A stretch of 64,000 nucleotides of DNA from an uncultured virus (IMG/VR IMGVR_UViG_3300043470_001272) (Duplodnaviria > Heunggongvirae > Uroviricota > Caudoviricetes), in the IMG/VR virus record IMGVR_UViG_3300043470_001272. One strand, written 5' to 3'. This document shows positions 20,002 through 29,953 of the stretch, piece after piece. The notes beneath the pieces were generated by a model. It saw only the letters and a program-made list of their open reading frames with translations. It was not told where the DNA came from and searched no databases. The first letter of the stretch is position 1, and every line of letters begins with the position of its first letter. The position numbers and the translations under genes were made by a program.

Positions 20002-20403
20002 ATGAGTAAATTAAAATTTGACAAAGAAGAAACAAAGAATTTATTAAACATGCTAAAGTCAAGTGATTCTGAGAATCATACTATAGCATTCCAAGCATTG
20101 AATAATGCTGATCTTAAAAACTATAAAGGTGAGCTACTTGTATTATATAAGTTCTCTAAGTTAGGAAAAGCAACTTGGGAAAAAGAAGCTCCTAAAGCAT
20201 ACAAAACACTTAGTAAAGAGTTTATCATCAGTGAAAATGGATTAACTAGTGGTAAGTGTTTATCACTTATGACTTCAAATAACTCTAGTAAAGATTCAAT
20301 AGAATTGTTTTTAGAGAATTTTGTAGTTGACATGGTTGGATTCTTAGGACAACTAGGTTATCCGGCAGATAAATTTGACATAAATATTAAACTAAAAAAC
20401 TAA
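20002..20403 (+). CDS. hypothetical protein with MxxSSDxEN motif
   Basis: 133-aa ORF. Confidence 0.7.
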   Translation: MSKLKFDKEETKNLLNMLKSSDSENHTIAFQALNNADLKNYKGELLVLYKFSKLGKATWEKEAPKAYKTLSKEFIISENGLTSGKCLSLMTSNNSSKDSIELFLENFVVDMVGFLGQLGYPADKFDINIKLKN

Positions 20404-21707
20404 TGGACAAAGTTCAGAGTTTGAGTAAAGCTAGTAAAGACTTAATGTTGAAGGAGCCCTATTACGGGTTCTTTCTCATTATGTTGAATAAGCTTTGGGA
20501 CAATAAGAGAGTACCAACAGCAGGAGTTAGTAAGAATGGTATTAATTATCAGCTTGCTATTAATTCTGATTTTTGGGAAGGTCTTAATGATGACCAGAGA
20601 CTTGGTATATTAAAACATGAATTGCTTCATATTGCATTTGGACATCTTACTACTTTCTTTAAGTTTAGTGATAGAAGATTAGCAAATGTTGCAATGGACA
20701 TGGAGATTAATCAGTATATTGAAAGTTCTTGGCTTCCAGGAGGAGAATATTCTGCACAAGAATATAAGACTATTAAAGAAGCTGTAGAAACTGAAATAGC
20801 AGAAGCTAAAGAAAGAGATGCTCCTATAGAAGAATTACTAGAGATTGGTAAAAAGCTTCCAGGTAGAGGTATTTTTATTGAGGACTATGAAGATATGAAT
20901 CTAGATCTTAAAGCTGGTTGTAGATATTACTATGATAAGCTTAAAGAGTTTAAAGATGAGAAAGACAAGAATGGTACTTGTGGTAATGATGCAATGGATG
21001 AATTACTAGATAATATAGATTCTGGTAATGTTCCTGATCATAGTACTTGGGAAGACTTTGAAGATCTTACTGAAGCTGAACAAAAGTTAATTGAGAAACA
21101 GTTACAGAAAGTATTATCTGATGCTAAAGAACAAACTGTTAAGAAACGCGGTAATGTTCCTGGAGAGATAGAAGGAGTAATTGTTATTGAAGAAATAGTC
21201 CCTCCTAAATTTGACTGGAGAGGCTTTATCAGAAGATTTACTGGTGTAAGTACTAAAGTATTTACAAAGAAGATCAGAAGAAAAGAGAACCGTAGATTTG
21301 ATGCTAATCCTGGTCTTAAAGTAAAGATGAGACAACATATGTTGTTGGCTATTGATACTTCAGGTTCTGTAAGTGATAATGAGCTTAGAGAATTTATGGG
21401 AGAGATGCATCATATTTATAAGTGTGGTGTTGATATTACTGTTGTACAATGTGATACAACTATCAGATCAATTGAACCTTATAAAGGTAAATTTGAGATG
21501 GCAGTACAAGGTAGAGGTGGGACTGAATTTGATCCCGTCCTAGAATATTTTAATGAAAACCTGAAGAAATATACAAGTCTTGTGTATTTTACTGATGGTG
21601 AATGTAGTACATCTGTAAGACCAAAAGGAAATATTCTATGGGTTTTGTCAGAACAATCTTATATGAATAATGATCTTCCTGGAAAGGTTATAAAACTTGA
21701 ATTATGA
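20403..21707 (+). CDS. DUF2201-type metallopeptidase plus vWA domain protein
   Basis: HELLH zincin motif, N.A.D..IN, MIDAS DTSGS, GRGGTEF, FTDG. Confidence 0.88.
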   Translation: MDKVQSLSKASKDLMLKEPYYGFFLIMLNKLWDNKRVPTAGVSKNGINYQLAINSDFWEGLNDDQRLGILKHELLHIAFGHLTTFFKFSDRRLANVAMDMEINQYIESSWLPGGEYSAQEYKTIKEAVETEIAEAKERDAPIEELLEIGKKLPGRGIFIEDYEDMNLDLKAGCRYYYDKLKEFKDEKDKNGTCGNDAMDELLDNIDSGNVPDHSTWEDFEDLTEAEQKLIEKQLQKVLSDAKEQTVKKRGNVPGEIEGVIVIEEIVPPKFDWRGFIRRFTGVSTKVFTKKIRRKENRRFDANPGLKVKMRQHMLLAIDTSGSVSDNELREFMGEMHHIYKCGVDITVVQCDTTIRSIEPYKGKFEMAVQGRGGTEFDPVLEYFNENLKKYTSLVYFTDGECSTSVRPKGNILWVLSEQSYMNNDLPGKVIKLEL

Positions 21708-21856
21708 AAAAGTATAATGGTAAAATAGAAACTAAGTTTTTATGGCTTATTCCATTTTTAATTGGTGTAAGTAAGAGTGTTATAGATGATAAAGCAAAAG
21801 TTTTTGCTTTACATATTACACCTCTGTTTGAGATTGGATTAAATTGGAAATATTAA
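21704..21856 (+). CDS. 50-aa hypothetical protein (not in the ORF track)
   Basis: MKKYNGKIETKFLWLIPFLIG...GLNWKY*; ATGA overlap. Confidence 0.55.
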   Translation: MKKYNGKIETKFLWLIPFLIGVSKSVIDDKAKVFALHITPLFEIGLNWKY

Positions 21857-21873
21857 TTAGTAAAAAGAAAAAG

Positions 21874-23043
21874 ATGAGTCAAGTACAATTAAATGTTGAA
21901 GAGTTAAAAAGCTTTATTAAGCACATGGTTGGTAATAACCAACACATTCAAAAGGAAGGTAAAGTTCCTGTAGCTGTAAATATTGAAGGTGATGCTGGTT
22001 TGGGTAAAACTTCTGCTATTATGCAGTTGGGTAAAGAAATGAATATGGAAGTTGTAAAGCTGAATTTATCTCAGCTAGAAGAATTAGGTGACTTAGTAGG
22101 TTTTCCTGTAAAAGAATTTCAAATTGCAAATGCTGATGGTAAAACTACTTGGATTAATGAATCTCAGATATCTGCAGCAAGTGCTAAAGGATACAAAGTT
22201 GTTGGAAAGAGAATGTCACATGCTGCTCCTGAATGGATTCAGGGTAAAGGTGAAGGTGGTTTCTTAATCTTAGATGACTATACTAGAGCTGATCAAAGAT
22301 TCATGCAAGCAACTATGGAGATCTTGGATAGACAAGAGTATGTATCTTGGAAATTACCAAAGAATTGGCATGTTATCTTGACTACTAATCCAGACAATGG
22401 TGACTATAATGTTACTAGTCTTGACGTAGCTCAGAAAACAAGATTTATCTCTGTTGAGTTAAAATATGATTCTGATGTATGGGCTAAGTGGGCAGAGAAA
22501 GCACAGATTGATGGTAGATGTATCAACTTTATGTTAATGCATCCAGAACTTGTAACTCAAAGAGTAAATCCAAGATCTATTACTACATTCTTTAATGGTA
22601 TTAGTTCTATTCCTAAGTTTGAAGATAGCTTGCCTTTGATTCAAATGATTGGTGAGGGTTCTGTTGGTGTAGACTTTAGTTCTATGTTTACTATGTTCAT
22701 TAACAACAAGTTAGATAAGATTATTTCACCTGAAGACATCTTGACTAAAGATGAGCAGTACGTGATGAACTCTTTGACCAATGCTGTTGGTAGAGATGAT
22801 GACTTTAGAGCTGACATATCTAGTGTAATTGCAACAAGATTAATTAATTATTCATTAGTATTTGCAAACACTAAACCTGTTCCAGCAACTATGACTCAAA
22901 GATTAATCAAACTTACAACAAACTGTGATGCATTTACAGATGACCTTAGATATTATATTATCAAAGAGATTGTTAATGGAAACAAAGTTAAGTTTGCTCC
23001 ATTGATGATGAATCAGGACGTGGTGAAGATGGCTGTTAAGTAA
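21874..23043 (+). CDS. MoxR-like AAA+ ATPase
   Basis: GDAGLGKT Walker A, LILDDYTRA Walker B, TTNP, D.AQ.TRF; adjacent to the vWA gene. Confidence 0.85.
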   Translation: MSQVQLNVEELKSFIKHMVGNNQHIQKEGKVPVAVNIEGDAGLGKTSAIMQLGKEMNMEVVKLNLSQLEELGDLVGFPVKEFQIANADGKTTWINESQISAASAKGYKVVGKRMSHAAPEWIQGKGEGGFLILDDYTRADQRFMQATMEILDRQEYVSWKLPKNWHVILTTNPDNGDYNVTSLDVAQKTRFISVELKYDSDVWAKWAEKAQIDGRCINFMLMHPELVTQRVNPRSITTFFNGISSIPKFEDSLPLIQMIGEGSVGVDFSSMFTMFINNKLDKIISPEDILTKDEQYVMNSLTNAVGRDDDFRADISSVIATRLINYSLVFANTKPVPATMTQRLIKLTTNCDAFTDDLRYYIIKEIVNGNKVKFAPLMMNQDVVKMAVK

Positions 23044-23100
23044 TTGAACATTAATCAGTTCCCACTAAAAGAAAAATAATTTAAGTATAAACAAATATAA

Positions 23101-23123
23101 GGGGAGATAATACTCCCCTTTTT
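23101..23123 (+). terminator. intrinsic terminator
   Basis: GGGGAG-ATAATA-CTCCCC followed by TTTTT. Confidence 0.8.
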
Positions 23124-23135
23124 AAATTTTATTCT

Positions 23136-24530
23136 ATGAAAATGTATTTAAAACTTAAAGTTGAATCATATTCAACAGAGGTAGTTTTTAAATTAGAACC
23201 CATGAACTGTTTAGATAATAGAAATGAACTATTATTAGAAAACAGAATTAATGAGTATTTACCAACAAAAGGAGATAAACTTTATTTCTTAGAGGGTGTA
23301 AATGTTCCAAGAATTAAGCTTAAAGATTTAGCTTTAAAATATGGTATAAAAACAGTTAGAGATGTAAATGATGCAACTCATGTATTTGCTAGTAAAAATA
23401 CACAAGCAAAAATATGTGATAGTAATTGGTTTTATTCAATAAAAAAAGAAGATTTTAAAGCTATCTGTGATGATACTAGTATTCATATAGATGACAGATA
23501 TAGAGAAAATATTAGAGAAGCTTTAGAAAATTATACAGAAGATAGACTTTTATTTAATTATGAGGAGGCTGGTGTAATTAGACATGGTGATAATGATGCA
23601 TTAAATGAGCATGCTGATAAAATTATAACATCAAATATGTATTATAGTGTTGATTCAGAGTATGTTAAATTATCTGAAATACTTTCTACACATAATCTAT
23701 ATGATGAGTCTGCAATCTTAAAACATATTAATGGTGATGATGCTACTGTTATAGATGAATCTATGTATGAGCAAATACACCAAATGTTTGAAAGTTCTGA
23801 TAAAGACAATCATATCTTAGCAATGGAGATTATGGCTAATTCTAATTATACTGAATCTTTATTATATTTAGAAATGTTGTTTAAAGAACATAGTACTGCT
23901 ATGGGTAACTGTCATACTAGAAATCATGTAAACTTTAAATCTTTAGTTAATTATCTAGGTAAAAACAAAACTTATCTTAGCACTAGTTTGGATAAAATTG
24001 TAAGATCTCTTATTGAGAAAAAAGTAATTACAAAAGATATGATGGATGTTTTAATGCGAAGATATGCTGATGAAATTGCTGATGGTGGAGACAGCACATA
24101 TTTTAAAGTTAAAACTATAACTCTTAATGAAGATTTACTTAAGTCACTAAATGTTAATTACACTTATGAACATGTTGAAGACTTCATTCCAGAAAGTATT
24201 ATAGAACTGGTTGATGTGCAAAATGAATCTGCACAGGTAGAAGAGATAGCTGATGAAGATATAGAAGATGCATTTGTTAGGATTGAAAGAAATGAACTCA
24301 AGTCAGAGTTAATAGCATTGGAAGCAGCAAATCCTGTTTCCGAATCTGAGTTAAATAAAAATGAAGAGGTATCTGAAACTATAGAAGTTGCTACTGAAGT
24401 AGATGTAGTTCATGTTCTTTATGGTGTGGATAATTACCTTGATAATATTGAAGTTACATTACCAGTAGAAACTGTATTAATTAATCAAAAAATAGAAAAA
24501 AATGAGTCAGATGATTTTGAGTGGTTCTGA
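23136..24530 (+). CDS. hypothetical protein with BRCT-like N-terminal region and acidic tail
   Basis: LYFLEGV.VPR.KL..L..KYG......ATHVF resembles BRCT; contains MFESSDKDN. Confidence 0.6.
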   Translation: MKMYLKLKVESYSTEVVFKLEPMNCLDNRNELLLENRINEYLPTKGDKLYFLEGVNVPRIKLKDLALKYGIKTVRDVNDATHVFASKNTQAKICDSNWFYSIKKEDFKAICDDTSIHIDDRYRENIREALENYTEDRLLFNYEEAGVIRHGDNDALNEHADKIITSNMYYSVDSEYVKLSEILSTHNLYDESAILKHINGDDATVIDESMYEQIHQMFESSDKDNHILAMEIMANSNYTESLLYLEMLFKEHSTAMGNCHTRNHVNFKSLVNYLGKNKTYLSTSLDKIVRSLIEKKVITKDMMDVLMRRYADEIADGGDSTYFKVKTITLNEDLLKSLNVNYTYEHVEDFIPESIIELVDVQNESAQVEEIADEDIEDAFVRIERNELKSELIALEAANPVSESELNKNEEVSETIEVATEVDVVHVLYGVDNYLDNIEVTLPVETVLINQKIEKNESDDFEWF

Positions 24531-25509
24531 TGAACTAGAGTTGTTTTATAAGAAAAAGTTTTATTTTAGTTATAGTGGTATTAATAAACTCTTGTTTTCA
24601 CCAGGGTTATTTTATAATCATTATATCTTAAATAATAGAGAAGACAGTACTGATACTCACTTAGTTGCAGGTAGAGTATTACATTGTCTTTTACTGGAGC
24701 CTGATAGTTATGATAAGCAATTCATAAGTATGCCAGGTAAGTTTCCAACAGATAGTCAGAAAAAAATTATTGATACCATTTTCAAACAACATTTAGTTAT
24801 TGGAAATGATACATTAAGTTTATCTGATTACTCTAATGATATACTTACACAGCTAGTTACTAATAACTTATATCAAACACTTAAGACAGATCAGCAAAGA
24901 CTAGACAAAGTTCTTACAGAAGAGAATAAAGAATACTTTGAATTTCTTAAAAAAAGTTTAGATAAAACTGTAGTAGATCAGACAATATTGGATGGCTGCA
25001 ATATTTCAGTTGAAATACTACGGCAGAATGTTCAAGTAAGAGCTTTGTTACAATTAGATCCTGATGACCAAGATGATTCAGTAAAGGTTTATAATGAGTT
25101 GCATCTAAAAACTGATCCTGAAGAATTACCATTTGGTTTTCACGGAGTCTTAGATAATGTAGTTGTTGATCACAATTCAAAAACCATCTTTATCAGTGAC
25201 TTAAAGACATTAGGTAAGTCAATACAAGATTTTCCAGATTCTGTTGAGTATTATAAATACTGGATTCAAGCAGTAATTTATGTTACTTTAGCAAAAAAAG
25301 AGTTTGCAATTGACAAAGATTGGAACGTTCAAGTTACTTTTATAGTAATTGATAAATACAATCAAGTTTACCCTTACCAAGTGTCTACAGCAACACTAGC
25401 TAAATGGGAATTAGACTTTGAAGAAATAGTAAAAACTATTAAGTGGCACTATGAAAACAAAAGATATGATTTACCATATGAGCTAGCATTAGGTAATGTA
25501 AAATTGTAA
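24502..25509 (+). CDS. PD-(D/E)XK exonuclease (RecE/exo VIII-like)
   Basis: SYSG, GRVLHCLLLEP, HGVLD, DLKT and YWIQAVIY motifs. Confidence 0.8.
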   Translation: MSQMILSGSDELELFYKKKFYFSYSGINKLLFSPGLFYNHYILNNREDSTDTHLVAGRVLHCLLLEPDSYDKQFISMPGKFPTDSQKKIIDTIFKQHLVIGNDTLSLSDYSNDILTQLVTNNLYQTLKTDQQRLDKVLTEENKEYFEFLKKSLDKTVVDQTILDGCNISVEILRQNVQVRALLQLDPDDQDDSVKVYNELHLKTDPEELPFGFHGVLDNVVVDHNSKTIFISDLKTLGKSIQDFPDSVEYYKYWIQAVIYVTLAKKEFAIDKDWNVQVTFIVIDKYNQVYPYQVSTATLAKWELDFEEIVKTIKWHYENKRYDLPYELALGNVKL

Positions 25510-25513
25510 AATT

Positions 25514-26089
25514 ATGGGTTTAACTGCGCTTTATACAAAGTACTTTCAAAAGTCTAAGATATTCTTATATCCGATCTTAGGTATTAAAAAGGGTCTTAAT
25601 ATTGTACCTACTGAAACTTATTTCAGTTGGTATAATAAATATAGTCCCGAGGATATGAAACTAATATGTGTTTATAACACACCTAATACACCAACCTTTT
25701 TGCATTTTGAGAAAGAAATTGTCTTAAAACATAACAGGTTGTGTGACTATTGTAAGGTGGATAGCACTACTAGTATATATGTATTTGATTTTTCTGATTT
25801 AAAATCTGACTGGCACTACATAATAATTGGTGCCTATAGTAAAATCAATGATGAGCTAAAGCGCAAAATACTAAGTTATTTCAAAGATAATACAGCAAAT
25901 GTAATTTATATAACAGGTTATTTGTATCCTGAAAAATACTTTGCAGATTATGCAAAAATATTGGATGTTGATATATCTCTTCTTAAAGAAGTAGGAGAAT
26001 TATGTAGTAAACCTAATATGGAAAAAGAAAAATTATTAATTGATGTATCAAAGTTAGAGTCTATTTCAGATTCTAGTTTATCTTTGTAA
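25514..26089 (+). CDS. hypothetical protein
   Basis: 191-aa ORF. Confidence 0.75.
   Translation: MGLTALYTKYFQKSKIFLYPILGIKKGLNIVPTETYFSWYNKYSPEDMKLICVYNTPNTPTFLHFEKEIVLKHNRLCDYCKVDSTTSIYVFDFSDLKSDWHYIIIGAYSKINDELKRKILSYFKDNTANVIYITGYLYPEKYFADYAKILDVDISLLKEVGELCSKPNMEKEKLLIDVSKLESISDSSLSL
26079..26086 (+). promoter_or_regulatory. Bacteroidota -7 promoter element
   Basis: TATCTTTG matches TAnnTTTG exactly, followed by an A-rich leader to ATG 26106. Confidence 0.55.
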
Positions 26090-26105
26090 AAAAAATCCAA
26101 CAAAA

Positions 26106-26495
26106 ATGAGTGAAAACACAATGATGCTTGTTCAAGCTACTTGGCAAGAAAAGCAAACTTTTAGAATGATTCCAATTGCGGATTCATGTCCTTATGTAGA
26201 ATGTATCTTTGACCCTGACACTAAGGTCTTTGTCATCATTTCTAAACAAACCAAACAGTCTTTGCATATGTTACCTAAATTGGATGACAATGGTGATCCA
26301 ATGCAAATTAAAAATGCAAGACCTAATGGTAGAAACTTTAGAGAAGAAAGACACAAAATTGAAGTGTTTCAAGAATTTTATGTAGAAGACAAATCTGCAG
26401 TTGAAGACTTGATTAAACTTTTTGCAGTTAATGCTAAGAAGTTTGATTATAAACAATTCTTGGGTGAACCAAGTAAAGAAGCTGCTAGTGAGTAG
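26106..26495 (+). CDS. hypothetical protein
   Basis: 129 aa; has its own candidate promoter and terminator. Confidence 0.75.
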   Translation: MSENTMMLVQATWQEKQTFRMIPIADSCPYVECIFDPDTKVFVIISKQTKQSLHMLPKLDDNGDPMQIKNARPNGRNFREERHKIEVFQEFYVEDKSAVEDLIKLFAVNAKKFDYKQFLGEPSKEAASE

Positions 26496-26512
26496 TTTTT
26501 AAATTAAACAGG

Positions 26513-26546
26513 AAAAGGGTAAGTAGAAATATTTACCCTTTTTTTT
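26513..26546 (+). terminator. intrinsic terminator
   Basis: AAGGGTAAGTA-GAAA-TATTTACCCTT followed by a T run. Confidence 0.85.
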
Positions 26547-26585
26547 ATTTACTAAATAGGGGGAACAGCTTAACTGAACTGTATT

Positions 26586-28523
26586 ATGAGAACACATTGG
26601 GTAATGGATCTAGAAACAATGACGAATCTTTTTGTTGGTGTATTCCAAGATTATAAAACTGATACTACTAAAACTTTTGTTGTACATCCTCCAACTAAAA
26701 GAAATGACATTAAAGAGTTAATTAAGTTTTTAAATGAAAATGTAAAATTATCAGAATGGCATGTTTCTTTTAATGGTTTAAGTTTTGACTCACAAATTAT
26801 TCAAGAAATTTTAGAAAAACAAAAGTATTTTTTAAAATGTTCAACTGAAGATTTAGTTACACAGTTATATGACATATCACAAGAAACTATTTTTAAAAGT
26901 AGAAATAAAGAATTTTCTAAATATCCTGAATGGAAATTAAGTATTCAACAACTTGATGTATTTAAAATAAATCATTGGGATAATGCTAATAAAAGAACTT
27001 CTTTAAAATGGGCTCAGTTTAGTATGGACTGGTTGAAACTACAGGATATGCCAATTCATCATACTACTAATGTATACAGTCAGGAAGATGTAGATCAAGT
27101 TGTTAATTATTGTATTAATGATGTTGAGTCAACTAAAAAAATAATGGTATTATCTAAACCATTAATTGATGTAAGAATTAAAATTAAAAGTAAATATGGT
27201 TTAAATTGTTATAATTATTCCAATACTAAATTGGGTAGTGAACTACTATTAAAATTATATTGTGAAGCTACCTGTAAAGATAAAAAAGAAGTAAAAGAAA
27301 GTAGAACTTACAGAGATGGTGTAAAAATATCTGACATATTATTTCCTTACATTAAATTTGAAACAGCACCATTTCAAATGTTTTTTGAAAAATTAAAACC
27401 TAAAGTTATTTATGATACTAAAAATGATTTTAAATATCAGTTAAGATTTAAAGGTTATGAATTTTTCTATGGTGCAGGTGGTATACATCAATGTATTAGT
27501 CCTGGAATTTATTTAGCAGATGATGAATACATTATTAAAGACTTAGATGTAGCATCACTATATCCAAGCATTGCATGTGTAAACGGTATGTATCCAGCAC
27601 ATTTAGGAAAAGAATTTTTCCAAGTTTACAAAGAAGACATTGTAGATGTAAGGTTAGGTGAGAAAGCTAAACCTAAAGATCAAAGAGACATGGCTATTAT
27701 TGAAGGGTTTAAAGAAGCTGCTAATGCAAGTTATGGTAACAGTAATTCAGAATACTCATGGTTATTTGATACTTCTTATACTTTACAAACAACTATTAAT
27801 GGTCAGTTATTATTAAGTATGCTTGTTGAAAAGTTACTGATTGAAATTCCAAATGCTGTATTGTTACAAACAAATACAGATGGTGCTACTTTTAGGTTTA
27901 AAAAAGAGTATTTACCTATTTATGAAGAAATTTGTAAAGAATGGGAAAAACTTACTAAACTAACATTAGAGTATGCTGATTATAAAGCTATGTATATTTG
28001 GGACGTAAATAATTATATTAGTGTTTATACTGATGGTAAAGCTAAATGTAAAGGTAGATTTGAATGGGAAGATTTAGAAAAACATAAGTACTCTCATTTA
28101 CATAAAAACAAAAGTAATCTAATTGTAGCTAAAGCTATTTATAACTATTTTGTTAATGGTATTGATCCTGAAACCTATTTAAAATCTAGCACTAATATTT
28201 TTGATTACTGTAGTGGTGTAAAGATTAAAGGTGATTGGGAGTTTGTAGAACACAAGATAGAAAATGGTACACATGTTACAAAACAGTTACAACATACTTT
28301 AAGATATTATATTTCTAAATCAGGAAGTAAAATACTTAAGGTTAATAGAAATGATAATAGACAAATTCAAATTGAGGCGGGTCCTTGGATGCAGACTTTG
28401 TATATTGATCATGAAGAAAAGAATATCTCTGAATATAATATTAATTATGATTATTATTTACAAAACATAAGAAAAGAAATAGAAGGTTTAGAACCTAACT
28501 CACAACAATTAAAATTATTTTAA
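26586..28523 (+). CDS. polB: family B DNA polymerase with 3'-5' exonuclease
   Basis: Exonuclease motifs DLET, FNG..FD, YC.ND; polymerase motifs DVASLYPS, K..AN..YG, NTDG. Confidence 0.93.
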   Translation: MRTHWVMDLETMTNLFVGVFQDYKTDTTKTFVVHPPTKRNDIKELIKFLNENVKLSEWHVSFNGLSFDSQIIQEILEKQKYFLKCSTEDLVTQLYDISQETIFKSRNKEFSKYPEWKLSIQQLDVFKINHWDNANKRTSLKWAQFSMDWLKLQDMPIHHTTNVYSQEDVDQVVNYCINDVESTKKIMVLSKPLIDVRIKIKSKYGLNCYNYSNTKLGSELLLKLYCEATCKDKKEVKESRTYRDGVKISDILFPYIKFETAPFQMFFEKLKPKVIYDTKNDFKYQLRFKGYEFFYGAGGIHQCISPGIYLADDEYIIKDLDVASLYPSIACVNGMYPAHLGKEFFQVYKEDIVDVRLGEKAKPKDQRDMAIIEGFKEAANASYGNSNSEYSWLFDTSYTLQTTINGQLLLSMLVEKLLIEIPNAVLLQTNTDGATFRFKKEYLPIYEEICKEWEKLTKLTLEYADYKAMYIWDVNNYISVYTDGKAKCKGRFEWEDLEKHKYSHLHKNKSNLIVAKAIYNYFVNGIDPETYLKSSTNIFDYCSGVKIKGDWEFVEHKIENGTHVTKQLQHTLRYYISKSGSKILKVNRNDNRQIQIEAGPWMQTLYIDHEEKNISEYNINYDYYLQNIRKEIEGLEPNSQQLKLF

Positions 28524-29870
28524 ATGCCAAAGAAAATACAAAACACAACAAAGGCCACTTTAATTAGTGTGCCTTTACCAAATCATGCTGCTACTTACAC
28601 TGTAATTAGTCACCAATTTGTAATAGATTATGCATTCCAATCTCTTGCTGCGGCAGGGTTTGGAATTATAGAAGAGGAGTACAGATGTACTGCTGATGGA
28701 CAAATAGCTCAAGGAATTTACAGATTAAATTTTAATTCTGATCCTGAGTTATCAATGATGTTTGCTTGGACAAACAGTTATAATAAACAAGTAAAGTTTA
28801 AATGTGTAATTGGTGCTTATATGAATGAAACAGGATCAGTAATGATTTCTGGTAATATAGGTAACTGGGTTAGAAAACACACTGGAACTGCAGATACTGA
28901 AGTAAAAGATACTATAGACCAATATGTTTCTAATGCACATATGTACTACACTCAATTGTGTTCTGATAAAGTTTCTATGGAAGCAGTAATCTTAAATAAA
29001 AGAAGACAAGCTCAACTTTTAGGAGTATTGTTTGCGGAGTATGAGATTCTTACTACAGAACAAGCTAGTATTATTAGAGAACAAATGAAGAAACCAAAAC
29101 AAGTATTTGCTAATACAGATAGTTTATGGGCATTCTATAATTTTGTAACTAATGCATTACAGTATTCTCATCCTAGAACATGGTTAGAAGATCAAAGAAT
29201 TTTACATTACTTTATTGGTACTATCTGTAATTTAAGTGCACCACCTCAACCTGTTAGTGCACCAGTTCCTGCTTTAAGTACACCACCTCAAGATTTAAGT
29301 GCACCAGTAGAAGAAGTAGATCCTTTATATGTTATTCCTAATCAGACTAATATCTTAGATCAGATTGCAGATTTAGAAGCAGATGAAATAGATGAAGATA
29401 TTAGATATGCTGAAAATGATGACACCTATGATGACACCTCTGATGAAAATGATGACACCTCTGAGAATGATGACAATGAAGGTCCTTTTGATACAGGTAT
29501 AGATTATGAAGAAGATTCAATAGTTGATCCATCTGACATAACTTTTCCAGAAATTACTGTAGAAGATGATTTACCTTTACCTAATGATACAGTTGTAACT
29601 TTTGAAGATGCTTTTGGTAATACATTTGAAGCTCCTATTGTTCCACCTTGTGCTGGTCATGATACTGAGACAGAAAAAGAAGAGTTCTTATCACTTACTC
29701 CTACAATGGCAGATATTGAGGAATATGAAGAAGAACAAAGAAAAGAATTCATGGAACCTAGTGAAGCTAATTTAGATATTACTGTTGAAGAAGTAGAAGA
29801 TGACTTTGATTTAGATTTTACTAGTAATGAAACTGAAGAAGATCAGGATAATACTCCTGACTTTTTCTAA
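28524..29870 (+). CDS. DUF932-like protein with long acidic low-complexity tail
   Basis: Y..ISH, W.NSY.K, RKHTG and SLWA.YN..T motifs; D/E-rich C-terminal half. Confidence 0.6.
   Translation: MPKKIQNTTKATLISVPLPNHAATYTVISHQFVIDYAFQSLAAAGFGIIEEEYRCTADGQIAQGIYRLNFNSDPELSMMFAWTNSYNKQVKFKCVIGAYMNETGSVMISGNIGNWVRKHTGTADTEVKDTIDQYVSNAHMYYTQLCSDKVSMEAVILNKRRQAQLLGVLFAEYEILTTEQASIIREQMKKPKQVFANTDSLWAFYNFVTNALQYSHPRTWLEDQRILHYFIGTICNLSAPPQPVSAPVPALSTPPQDLSAPVEEVDPLYVIPNQTNILDQIADLEADEIDEDIRYAENDDTYDDTSDENDDTSENDDNEGPFDTGIDYEEDSIVDPSDITFPEITVEDDLPLPNDTVVTFEDAFGNTFEAPIVPPCAGHDTETEKEEFLSLTPTMADIEEYEEEQRKEFMEPSEANLDITVEEVEDDFDLDFTSNETEEDQDNTPDFF
29418..29476 (+). repeat. short tandem coding repeat GATGACACCT
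   Basis: Copies at 29418, 29430, 29451 and a degenerate one at 29469, encoding DDT. Confidence 0.8.
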
Positions 29871-29912
29871 AGATCCTTGCTTAAATAGGCTGGGTTAAAC
29901 AAATAATCAATT

Positions 29913-29942
29913 AAGGGATGCAGAAATGTATCCCTTTTTTTT
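29913..29942 (+). terminator. intrinsic terminator
   Basis: AGGGATGCA-GAAA-TGTATCCCT followed by a T run. Confidence 0.85.
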
Positions 29943-29953
29943 AATTTTACATT

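Noticed and set aside
24502..25509. Cas4/CRISPR adaptation nuclease
   Set aside because: It lacks the Fe-S Cys set and any CRISPR context; it fits a phage recombination exonuclease better
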